DNA of 64,000 nucleotides from NCBI GenBank assembly GCA_013239625.1, contig MU056000.1, positions 806,001 to 870,000 on the forward strand, in the 5' to 3' direction. Shown piece after piece: positions 33,455 through 45,110 of the stretch. The position numbers were made by a program, and so were the translations under genes. The DNA comes from Lama guanicoe. Its lineage: Eukaryota. The notes under the pieces are model-generated. The model had not been told where the DNA came from. It did not search any database and saw nothing but the letters and a program-made list of their open reading frames with translations. The first letter of the stretch is position 1, and every line of letters begins with the position of its first letter.

Positions 33455-36400
33455 TTTGCCTGTGTTTGAAATTTCCTGCGGTAAGGACTGTGAAAGTGAC
33501 AGTGCTCATTTTGGGTGTAAAACAGTCACCAGTTCACAGTGAACTCACCAGGCCCACTGGGCACCTGCAGTGACAGTGCCTGGCTCGGACCTGCCCGCTG
33601 TCACTCCTCTTCCCTGCCCCGGCCACCAAGGAGCTGGCATCGCCCACGTGCAAGCCGGTCCACCTGCCTTGTGTTTCACAGCCGACTGGGAACCCCCAGG
33701 GCACTGCTTCAGAGACAAGATCTCTGGAGTGTGTGTCACCCCGGTCTCCACCCATGCAGTGGCTGTGCCAGGCTGGGCCACCTCGCCCTCCCCAGAGCAA
33801 CGCCAGATGGAGGGACCTCAGCCAGCCATGCTGGGTGCTGACTCAGCACGTGCGGCCAGCACAGCACAGGGGAGGTGCCAGCCGCCGTGTGACAGCAGCC
33901 GGGAACCCACTGAGCCATCAGCGCCATGCTGGCGGACACAGGGGAGACTCCGCTGAAGGCGCATTCCAGCGCCAGCGCTTCAGTCACGGGACATGGCCAC
34001 CACTGCTCCAAAGGAACAGGAGGGGCGCCCACAGACAGACGGGCGGGAGCTCCCTCCCTCCTTCGTGCGGAAAGAGTCAGCGCGCGCGGGGCCTGCCACA
34101 CACACGGACGGAGCCCGCGCTAAGGCCACAACCTCGGCTGCTACCTCGTTCTCAGAGCTTCTGACAACCACGCGGATGGGAGCAGAAAGGGGCTTTGCTC
34201 AGTCGGCCCACGGTCACCATTAACCAGCCTTGGCCGGAGGGGATGCTGGTGAGCCGATAAGGCAGGTGGACGTCAGCTGCGCTGGCCCCACAGTCCCGTG
34301 GCCGAGAGTGCAGCAGCCCTGCCCGCAAGGAGGCCGAGCACAGGCACTTGGGGGTCCACGGGCAGCCGAAGCTCAGGCTGGGCCTCCTGGGCTCCCTGAG
34401 GGCTGAGCCGCAGCCCCTGCCCTGCGGGAGGGAACCGCCCCAAGCCTGTGCGGTCACCGGGGCAGCCGGCAGGCCCCGCCCCCAGGGAGCTGCGCACACT
34501 GGCACGGCACCCGGGGAGGCTGCTGAGCTCAGCGTTGCTGGTGGCAGCAGAGCTGCGTGCCACCCAGGGATGCCGCCAGGGGACAGGTGCGCTGGAGGTC
34601 ACCTGCGTGACAGACCCAGGGGCCACCCAGGGGAGGAGCTGCAAGTTACATGAGGCACAGAGAACACAGCCCGAGATGACAGTCAGCACAAAAGATAAGA
34701 CACAAAACAGGACTGACATCACCCACATCTCCAAGCCACTTAGACTGCAACCTGAGCCAAGCATCCCTCCGGGATGGCAGCCCAGGGTGAGCACGCGGAA
34801 CGTGGACTCTCGCGGGTGTGGGGGTGCAGATGGGGCCTGGAGTGAAGGGGGTGCTGCCAGCCCAGGGAGCACGGGGGCAGCGCGGGCACCGTGTGCCGGA
34901 CTGCGCTGAGCGGGTGCTGGCAGGGCCCGGCTGCAGGGGAGCCAGATGATGGCGCTGATGGAGGCGGGGAGCAGGGCGCAGGCCACGCCCCAGATTGGAA
35001 ACCCCCACAGTAAAGGCGCTGGGTCGCAGGAACCGAGGCCCGACCCCAGGGTCAGCCTAATCAGAGCAAAGCCAAGGCCATAGGAGCGGCCAGCAGGAGA
35101 TGGGCTGGCGCGGGGGCTGGGGGACAGGTCCGAGCCCCCTTCCCCCTGTGAGCGCCCGCACACGCGCGGGCATGGGCCTGGCGGGATGATGCCCCCTCCG
35201 TGCACCCAGCCTGCCCAGGGCTCCGGACCAGCAGCAGGATGACTGGCAACCCGCCCTCCCGGACCAAACCGGCCCCAAGCTGACCCTGCTCGCCCACCCC
35301 TTGGACACACACTTGGGAGCCACCTCAGTCTCTCACCAACTCCTACTGGCTCCACCTCCAGAACCCCCAGAACCTGTGACCCCTCCCCTCCGAGGTGCAG
35401 CATGGGGACCCCGTGGCCCCTGGGGCTCAGCTTTCTGCGTGCTGTGGGCTCACCCCTACCCCCACTTCCCCGCCAGCCTCCCTCCGCTCACTGTGCCTGC
35501 ACCTCCCCAGCGAGAGTCCTTCCCCAAATTGCTACAGGGCGGGTTCCAGAACCTTCCCTCACCTTGGCCACAGAAAAGTGCACTGACAGGTGCACCGGCC
35601 CTCACCCTCCGCAGACCCCGGGGGAGCCCTCCCGAGACGGCTCAGCTGGTGCCTGGGGCGGGCGAACGGGGCTCATCTCTGGACCCAAGCACGGGTAGGG
35701 CCAGACATCAAGGGAGCAGGACTCTGGGGCTGGTCTTGTGCGTGCCTGGGACGCTGCCCTGGTCACCTCCAAGCTGTCCCACAAGGAGCAGAGTAGGCAC
35801 AAGACTCGCGGACTCTGCAGAGAGACCTCCAGGCACGTGAGATAGACAGGAACAACTTGCCCAGGAAATCTGTTTCCTTTTTTGGCTGTTACTTATAAAA
35901 AAAATACAAAGCCGGCTGTTTTTAAGAATCTTGATTCAGAGTAAACAGAAGGTCCTACAACTGCCAAGGTGACCCCTGAGGCCTGGGCAGCCTTGCACAG
36001 GCAGGAAGTGGGGCAGAGCCTCAGGACACAGGGGCGAGAGGAAAGTGCACACCCTGCTTCACTGTGCTTTCTAAAGAAAGGAGACTGGAGAAGGCACGGC
36101 CACCCTCCCGGGGCCCCGTCAGCCAGCCCTGCCAAGCCCTGCGTCAAAAACGCCGCCGCCACACCTCTAAGCTCGCGGCCGCACAGGAGCAGCACCAGCC
36201 CTGGACCCGGCATCTCAGGTGCAGGCCCAGCCAGTCAGCCCAGAGAGCCTCCACTCCCCAGAAGGCAGAACACCTTCCGGCCCTAATCAGATGCTACTTT
36301 CAAATTGGAAACAAACAGTCGTTTGCACAAGTAATTCGAATAGTTAAAACACTTGAAAGCAAAAGTGAAACAGACAAGGCTGGCACTCTGCACGGTCACT

Positions 36401-39400
36401 GTTAGCTCCACCTGTCACACACACATCTGCTCTCGAGAAAAGTCCCCTCCTCACGATCAGACAAAACCCTGAGTGTGGCTAGAAATCCAAGAGGCCGACG
36501 GCGAGGGTGGAAATGGCCGGCTGGGCCCGGGGGCGCAGGTCACGGCTACTGAGCGTTTTGTGTTGGGGGGTATCTGGGCTTCTTTGGTATGATTTGTCCA
36601 TTTGCATAAACCCCATGCCCAGATTCACACTGGACTGATTTGTCTTTTTCTTACTAACGTGTGAATGTCTTCCTGACTTCAGGCCTTGGCTACATCGCCT
36701 CTGAGGCTCCCCACCCACCCGAGACTGTTAGGAAAATGTGTGCCTCCGCTCAGGAAAACTTTCCTTCCAGAGCCCATGCTCGCTGCTGTATACAAGCTAT
36801 TTCTTATCTCTCCCACCCAAATCTAAAATTAAATATAGCTTTTCCAGAAGAGCTGCTTTTTTCTTTCAAACCCTCCCGCAGCCCCAACATCCCCATTGTC
36901 CCCGTCATCTCTATCCAAGAGCTTTCAGATCAAATCTTGGCATCTTCCGCCCAATCTGGAGGCTTCTGCAAAATGAGAGTGTCTTCCAGTAATTCGCTGA
37001 ATTGACAGTTCTGTCCTGCAGTCCAACGCACAGCGATTTTCCTCGACGACCACAGTTACCATTTTCAGCACACCACAGCTGATTGTGTGCGCTGTGCCTG
37101 TGCGGCTCTTTGTGGGGTCAGACCACCCTGTCCAAGGCAACCCTAATCTTGACGCCCCACCGCCCAGGCATGCCGAGACCCTCGGCACCAGGCCTGCCTC
37201 CTTTCAGCCAGGGCCCGAGGGCTCCCAGGAAGGTTGGAGCCTTTGCACCAGCTGATCCAGCCCAGCTCGGGCCCGTGTCCCGCCCTGGCACTCGGCACTG
37301 CCAGTTTCACAGGGCTGGTGTGCGCAGGTCCCTGGGGCAGCAGTGCCCACGGGCCACAAGTAGAGACAGAAAACCAGCCACAGGGTCAGCGGTCAGCACA
37401 GAGGGGCAGCTGGGGGCTTCCAGGTGGATGCAGCAGAAGGCACCGGGGCCCCCGAGGAGGCCAGGCAGAGCTCTCAGTCCCAGCTTGAGGGCTTGGGGAC
37501 ACGTCAGACATCTTGGGACAGCGGGAGCCACCTGCCACGTGGACTCAGAATCTCCAGGGCAGCTGAGAAAGGTCCCTATCATGACAGTAGGTCAAGATGG
37601 AAGGAAGTGCATGGGGCAGAGGGGCGCACTTCCAAGCAGGGGCAGGTCTGGGCCTGGAGAAGTGGGTGGGCCAGGGGGCCAGGCAGGGTTCACTCTCCCT
37701 GGCCCTCCTCAGCCCCCCTCCCACACACTTAGTTTTATATAAAATGTCCTCTTGGAGTTTTCAGGACCCTCTGCCTGGAGACCAGAGCTCTGTCCCTGGG
37801 GTCCTGGTGATTCCGACATGCCGCTCCCCAGCCTCCAGGTGTGAAGGTCGCAATGAAGCAACCCTCAGGCCGGAGGCCCTCCTGCGGCCCCGCCACCCAT
37901 CCCGGAGAGCTCAGGGCTGCAGGTCGGGGGGTGGGGTGGAAATGCTGGAAGGCGTAAGCTCTCTCTCCTGGCTGGACGTCCCACCAGAGACAGGCTCAGA
38001 TCCAAAGGTGGGAGTTGGCGCAGAAATTTGGCAACACCTGACCTACTTCCTCCGGCATCTCACCTGTGGGGCCAGGACACCTGTAATTACACGTCCGCAG
38101 AACGGAGCTTTCAAGGCACCAAGCTCCCACTTGCAAAAACAGATGCAGGGGCTGTGAATTCCACAAACCAGCGCAGAGGCTTGGGCAGTGACCGAGGCGG
38201 GATGGGCAGCATCAGGGGCAGGACCCGGTGCACGACGCAGCCTTGTCGCTGAGAAGATCTGGCCGAGGGGGTGAGAGGCAGCGGGGCGGGCACAGGACAG
38301 GCACGGAGAAGGCCAGTCCTCCGCCCGCGTCCACAAACACATGCCAGGTGGCACCTGCGGGAACACTTGAGCCAGTGCCAGGGCCAGAGGTGAAGGCTCG
38401 AGTGGCATGGACCCTGCCCTCCAGCCGCGGCTGCAGCCTGGCTCGCTCAGCTGGGAGCCCGCCCAGAAGCCAGACCCGCCCTGGCTGCGGCTCAAGGAAA
38501 TCCCTTGTCTCTGGGGCTCTCCCTACAGGGCTGGAGTGAAAGAATCTCGAAATTCAAGACCAGCAGCGCTTCCTGCCTTCCAGTCGCTTCAGCAAATATC
38601 CTCGGGAAGCGACAGGCCTGGGGCCAGAGAGGGCGTCCTGGGCTCCAGGCTGTGAGGCCACTGCCCCACTCCCCCACTCCCAGTCCCGGGCTGTCAGGGC
38701 TCCCAGCTGCAGGACAACCTCTCCAGCTACAGGCAGCCTCTCTCTGGGCACCTCCTACCCCACGGCACCCTCAGATAGGGGAGCATCCCCAGAACATCCT
38801 GCCTCAACCCCCACCCCCAGTGGCTGGGGGCCCCTCCAAAATTCTGGGTCCAGGGCCTCATCTGTGGGAAGCCCCAGGGAGCATCCTAGCCCCACCCCCT
38901 AACTGCAAGGAGTTCCCCTCACCCACATCCTGGCTACAGCCCCCAGCTGTGGGAGTCCCCCTTTATCTTCGAGGAGACCCTTGGGCATATTCTGTACTTT
39001 CCAGTGGCAGGCAGCCCCCCTGAGCTTCCCAGCTCTGCCCCCAGCTGCAGAGAACCCCTGACCCACCGGTTACACTGTGAGGCCAGGCTGGGACACAGGG
39101 CCCCTGGTGCTGGTCGGTGGAGCAGGGGTGGAGAGCAGCCTGGGGCAGCCTATCCCCTGGCTGGGTGGTCATTCCGTTGAGCACAGCGGGGAAGCATGGA
39201 GGTGATCCATCTGACTGCTCCTTAGAATGAAAGCACAGGTGCGGTTGAGATGGACTGGAAGGGGGCAGGGGGCAGGCAGCTGGGAGACCACTGCACAGGG
39301 TGGGGCGGCGGCAGAAGTAGCCCCGACTACCCTGAGACCCCTCCACGCTGGGTGGTTGTGGGCGCTGACAGCAGCAAAAGGGAGGAGTCCAGATGGAGAC

Positions 39401-40539
39401 AGACTGAGCTGAGGGGGCCTGCGGGACCGCAGGAGGGTGTGGGGATGGTAAGTCACATGGCACAAAAGTGACCAATGACTCCTCCCTATGGGCGAGAAAG
39501 GTCTACTGCTATAGAAAGGGGGGTTCTGTCACTTGCTCTGTGCGTGAGACGGTGGGGGGCTGGCCTGGGGGAGTGAATGGATCCCAGTGTGAAAGACCCC
39601 CGCCCTGAGGGGGTGGGCCGTCCAGTGCCTGGCCCACCCGCGCATGCCCGCTGGCTAGGGCACAGCTGTGCGCAGGCGCTGCGCACAGCAGGAGCAGCAG
39701 GTCCCCGTCGAGTGGCACACGCCAGCCCTCACCTGCTGGGCCTGGCACGAGAACACTTAGGGAGCCCTGCCCGTGGCCCCATTCTCCGGGTCTGAAATGT
39801 GAAAATTGTGAAAGATGTTGTTTCAAAAGTTCTTAGGCGGCAACTAACTTTTCAGGGAAAATAACTCACTCCTCCAGTGCTAAGATGGAAATATGGCTTT
39901 CCGGAGGAAAAAGGCCGCAGGTCCACGCACCTGAGCTGGCCCCTCACAGGAGCACAGGGCGAGGCCAGCGGCTCCACCCAGGACGGTCCAGGAGCATCAC
40001 CAAATGCAGCGAAGCCGGAAGCCGGGAGGCCAGCGGCCACATGCAGGGCCTTTAGCGACGCTGACAACACCCCAGCTGACGATGCTGGAACGTGGTCAAA
40101 ACACCAAGGAACAAGCGAATCAGCTCTAATGTGAGACGTGGCACTGATGGCTGAGCGGTGACTTGGGCTTTAGAAGGACAAACCCGCCACCACATTCAAA
40201 GATGCTTCCAAGTGCACACTTTCCTCCGGGCTCATCTCAGAGTCACTCACAGCTGGAACGGAGGTTTCCACTGCAACACCAACCCAACCCCACGGCAGAC
40301 CCACGAGAACTCGGCAGGGCTCCAGCCCCTGGGTCTGACGGCAGGGAGAGGGGCTCACAGAAGCTGTGCTGAGACTCACCGGGCAGGGGAGCCCCAGGCA
40401 CTTCCTCCAACCTTCCCACCGCCTGGCGCCCTCTGGGGTGGGGCCTGTGGACGGCAGGGTGGGCAAGGCATCGGCTCCTTCAGTGGGGCTCAGTGCTCCC
40501 TTCAGGGACAAAATCCTGCGTTTTTAACATGAGAAGTAA

Positions 40540-41078
40540 CCGACCTATGTGTCCACCGACAGATGACCGGGTAAAGAAGCTGTGGTGTATTTACACAATG
40601 GAACTCTGCTCAGCCATAAAAAGGAAAAAAATAACGCCATTTGCAGCAACATGCATGGACCTGGAGGTCGTCATTCTAAGTGAAGGAAGCCAGAAAGAGA
40701 AAGAAAAATACCACATGAGATCACTCATATGTGGAATCTAAAACAATGAAAATAAAAGGACACACAAACTCCTCTATAAAACAGAATCAGACTCACAGAC
40801 GGAGTAAGCAACCTTGTGGTTACCGGGGGAGGGGGTGGGAGGGGATAAGTTTGGGAGTTTGAGATTTACAAATGTTAGCCACTGTATATGAAAATACGTT
40901 AAAGAAACACATATTTCTTCTGTACAGCACAGGGAACTATGTTCAATATCTTGCTATAACCTTTAATGAAAAAATATGAAAATGACTGTATGTCTGTATC
41001 TGCATGACCGGGACGTTGTGCTGTGCACCAGACATTGACACGTTGTAACTGACTGTTCTTCAATAAAAAAATTAAAAT
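40540..41078 (+). mobile_element. 5'-truncated LINE-1 (ORF2 C-terminus, 3' UTR, A-tail) with target-site duplication, antisense to LPCAT1
   Basis: Translation KKLWCIYTMELCSAIKRKKITPFAATCMDLEVVILSEGSQKEKEKYHMRSLICGI matches the L1 ORF2 end. Imperfect TSD aacatgagaagtaa (40526-40539) / aaaatgggaagtaa (41079-41092), with a TTTTT/AA endonuclease site. Confidence 0.92.
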
Positions 41079-43549
41079 AAAATGGGAAGTAAGACTGACT
41101 GTGTCTTACTCAGTGTTGAGACACTAAAGAGGGCGCAAGACAGGACTATGCGTGTGGACGTGTGTGTCCCCATTCTGGGACAGGAAAGCATAAAAAATGA
41201 AGAGTCAAGTCTTAGAAGCTTGAATCCCCCGTCTCCCTCCTCAGCATCAACCACAGTCAAGTTCTGCGTGTGCCCTTCCAGAGAACCAGAATCGGATTAA
41301 AGGAGGCTCGGGGGTGGGGGGGTTAGCCGAGAAAGCCGCTGGGTCAGACTCCACGCTGAGCCAGCCCGCACCGCCCGGGGTCCGGGGTCAGCACAGCACC
41401 TGGGCCTGCGCCCCTCACCTGGGTAAGGGGACACGGCGCCCCCCCAACCCTGCCTCCCAGCGGCAAGGACGCTGGAGTCACCAGGACCTCTGGGCACAGA
41501 TGCACCAGTGCCACCATCAGGCACCCCCTCGGGGAGCAGCCTGGAAGCCCTGCTCCAGGGCCGCCACCCCTAACACAGACCCAGGCTGAGACATTGGGGT
41601 GCTTGCTGCTGTCCTTTTATCAGAACTCGGGCATTCGCATAACAACTCGGAGAAAGACATCGCCCACTCCACGCAGGCCACTGCACAGGCCTGTCCCTAG
41701 AGTCACCCCTCCTGGTAAACCTCCCTACGGACTGGCCGGGGGAGGGGTGCACACAGTGGCCTCGCCTCCAAGGACTTGGTTCCAAAGTGTCTGGGAAACC
41801 AGGCTGCTTTCCAGGAAGTAAATCCTCACTGACACTGGTTACAGGGAATTCAGAAACGGGGAAGTGACAGAGCTGAAGTGGGGATGTGCCCATGACCACG
41901 GCTTCCAACGGGAAGTACCAAAAGGCCGGAGTGACGTAACACCCCTGCGTGACTCCCAGACCAACAAAGCACCCTGCGATCTGCCACTAAGTTTCTACCA
42001 GTCACGGTTGCTCTGATCTTAACGTGTGGTTCTCCCTCCAAAGAGATGCTTAAGCTCCTCACCAAATGTGCAGTTAAGTGACAGACGGACGGACCAGCCA
42101 TTCACCCCCAGGCACGGGCAGCCCCTCCCCCACAGCCAATGCCAGCAGGTAACACAGGCACACTTGCTGGGCCATCTGCGCTCACAGCTCAGCGCCCTGG
42201 GGGGTCTCAGACGTTGCAGGTTCCATCTACTTACTGATTTGGGGAGGCAGCTTTCTTTGCTTGGCTTGGCCAGTTCACTCTGCGGAAACTCTACCATAAC
42301 GCAGTACGTAAAGGGGAAACGCTTTGCAGAGTGTTTTTGGTGAAAAGCAAAATGTTTCCACAGAGCGGGGCTTGGAACGTGGAGGGTAAATTCAGGCTAC
42401 ACACCCTTGGCCTCACACTGCAGGCCTCGGAACAGGAGCAGGACTTGGTTACAAAGATGCCAAGATGATTCTGAAACGGCCCCTGAAACGCTGCAACAAG
42501 GCACACACACACAAAGCGTCCCTCCCTCTCTGGAGGGGAAGACACCCACCCGCCCGGTCCGCTCTTGCATTCTCGCGACGCTCGGGCAAGAACAGCCCAC
42601 AGGAGTTGCTCCAAACCGTACAACGCCGTGACCCCGCCCGAGGGAGCTGACGTCTGTCCCCTCCCCTTGTTTATTCTCTCAGCAACCAGCTGACTCTGCA
42701 GTGGACCCCTCTCCCCTGCGGGCAGTGAGCACAGAGTCCTGGCCAGGACAGACCTGGCCCCCATGCACCCGCAGGACCAGAGGCTCCTGGCGTGGTGGGA
42801 GCTCAGGGGGGGCCATCCAGGGTGGAGGGGGCCCCTCTCAGAGGTGCTGTTTCACCGCGGGCCCGAGGGAGCTGCAGAGTGGCCAGGAGAGAGCGGCCAG
42901 ACGGGGGGACAACAGCGGGAGGCCGGGTGACCAGCCAGGCCCGGGCAGGGATGAGGGGTCAGGGCCCCAGCCCGGAGGCACTCACCCCAGCGGGCTCTAA
43001 GCAGCAGAGCCGTGGGAGGAAGGCCCCGCTGGATCACAGGGCGCACCTGCTCAGGAGCCCAGAGGAAGGGGCTGCGGACGCCGGGCAGAGCACCCGGCAG
43101 TGGACGAGGTGCCGGCAGACCACACGGGCGAGTGGAGCTGGTGTCTGCTCCTGACACGCACAGGGACCAGCGGAGCACAGCCCTGCCCTTTCGCGTCCCA
43201 GGAGGTCCGCCACCCTATCCGCTCTTCCCTCGCCTCAGTCTTCGCTGCCTGTTTCTTCTCCCACCGACAACAGCTGAACGCGCCAAAGAAGGCACTGAGG
43301 GGAAGTCAGGCATCTGGAAAATGACAGCTTTAGACTGAGTTCAAGACTTCTCACTCCAATATTGTTTCAAATGAATGACCTTACACATTAAAAAACACGT
43401 CAATCTCCCCCCAGAAGAGTTCCGTCACAGTCGGAGATACAGTCCCCACCGTCTGGACAGACGCTGCAGACCGGAAACTTCTCTGCTTCGACGTTCAGTT
43501 TTGGAGTCAGAAGAGCAACTTACAGAAGCGCAAACCCAGCTCACCACCA

Positions 43550-45110
43550 GAGTCCGCAAGGCCAGCTCGCAGGCCCCACCGGCTCGGGGAAGCGTCCCTC
43601 CAGGCCAGGAGCCACGCGAAGGGAAGGCACAAGCGTGGGGACCCCAAGTCCTGCAGCGGCCACCCCTCCGCCAGGGCCGGGCCCCTCAACAGGCTAAACG
43701 TGGGGAGCAGACGCGCCCGCACGCTGTTGCCCAGGGGGACCAGGCTGTGCACGACCGAGTCGGGCCGCAAGCCCAGCCCCACGCGGGCCCCGGGAACAGC
43801 TCGCAAACGCAGAGGCCGACGTCTTCCCGCCAGTTACCTGCAGGGCACCCCGCACAGTCCGCACCACACTGCCACTGGCAATGACTCACGTGACCAGCGA
43901 GGTCCCCACACACCAAGCGCACCAAGGGACCAAGTCACATCCGGGGGAGCCGCTCCGGTACCGCGCGGGACCGGAACGCAGCGGGAACGGGAGCCCGGAC
44001 CAAGGGCTGCGGGGCGCGGCCGACCTGCGTGCAGGTCTGAGGTCGGGGTGCAGGGGCCAGGGATCCAGGGATCAGGGAAAGGGGGATAGGGCCGCGTGCG
44101 GGGACCTAGGGACTGGGGATGCGGAGCCAGGTTCGGGGCACCGGCGGCGGGAACCGGAGGATGGGGCGAGGGCGGCGAGGATGCGGGTTGCGGGCCTCAG
44201 GGGAGTGTGGCGATCGCGGGTCCTGGGGCCCGGGGCCGCGAGGCTGGGCCGCGCCCGCGGTCCCCTTCCCAGCCCCCTCCGGCCGCGCATCCCGGACCCT
44301 CGGCGCAGCCCCGGGCCCGGGGCGTGTCGGGCACACGGCGGGCACCCACCTGGGCCTTCTGCAGGGCGCTGAGGCGCAGCTCGTGTACGAAAGGGTTCCG
44401 CCCCGGGGGCGCCAGCCGCCGCGCGTCGCTGGTCCCCGCGCTGGAGGCGGGGGCGGCGCGGGAATCGCGTCCCCGCAGCCTCATGGCCGCGCCGCCCGCC
44501 GCGAGGGGCGCGGGGCGCGGGGCCAGGCGCGGAGCGGGGTGGGGAGCGGGGGACCGAGCGGGGCGAGGAGGCGCGGCGGGAGGAGCGGGCCGGGAGCCCG
44601 GCCGCGCAGGCGCAGGAAGGGCAGCGGCATGACGTGGGCGGGGCGGGGCGGGCTCGGGAGGGGCTCCGCGTGAGCCCCGCCTCCCCAGGGCCCCGAGAGG
44701 CAGTACCCCCCGCGCTCCCCCGCCGCGCGCCCTGCGCCTGGGTTAGCTCGTGGGGACCAAGGCCGACCCGTTCCCAGGGGCGCCGAGGCCCTGGCGGAGA
44801 GCCTCCTGCTGTGGCCGGACCACTGGGCTTTGCCAGCGGGCCTGGTCCCCGAGAAGGGGAGATCCGGCCCCCAGCGCAGTGCGGCCCGCCACGTCGCCCC
44901 CTTCCGCCGCTCAGGGTACGGACCCGGGGGCGGGGCCGTGGGGGGAAGGGAGAGTCAGCGACACGGGGACAGAAGACCAGGAGGGCACGCGCTCCCATGG
45001 CGTGTGGGTGAGGAGCCCCCCGGCAGTCCTGGCGCTAGGCCGCCCCAGCTGCCCAAATCCCGACGCACACGAGGAACGGGCCCCAGCCAGGCCGCACGTG
45101 TGACAGGCCT
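43550..45110. promoter_or_regulatory. CpG-island promoter of LPCAT1 (no obvious TATA box) with tandem GC boxes
   Basis: Extreme CG density around exon 1; GGGCGGGGCGGGGCGGG (Sp/KLF) at 44636-44652; NRF1-like CGCGCAGGCGCA at 44603-44614; TGACGTGG at 44630-44637. Confidence 0.85.
44350..44484 (-). CDS. LPCAT1: LPCAT1 coding exon 1 (MRLRGRDSRAAPASSAGTSDARRLAPPGRNPFVHELRLSALQKAQ)
   Basis: ATG in strong context (GCGGCCATGA) inside a CpG island; donor CAG|GTGGGT, phase 0; 135 nt. Confidence 0.96.

Larger units (their letters stand above)
1375..44600 (-). other. LPCAT1: LPCAT1 gene span (14 coding exons; TSS and cleavage site approximate)
   Basis: Spliced exons give a continuous 533-aa ORF (135+143+215+113+61+59+35+55+83+126+154+99+139+185=1602 nt) recognisable as LPCAT1: MRLRG...HSSYFD...VFVSR...FPEGT...CKKLD*. 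Confidence 0.97.

Noticed and set aside
34273-35403. 376-aa minus-strand ORF in intron 1
   Set aside because: Low-complexity G/P/A/S/L composition, non-ATG start and no recognisable domain; long ORFs are expected by chance at this GC content.
44072-44998. 308-aa ORF and overlapping ORFs across the promoter
   Set aside because: Stop-poor CpG-island artefact in a different frame from LPCAT1 exon 1.
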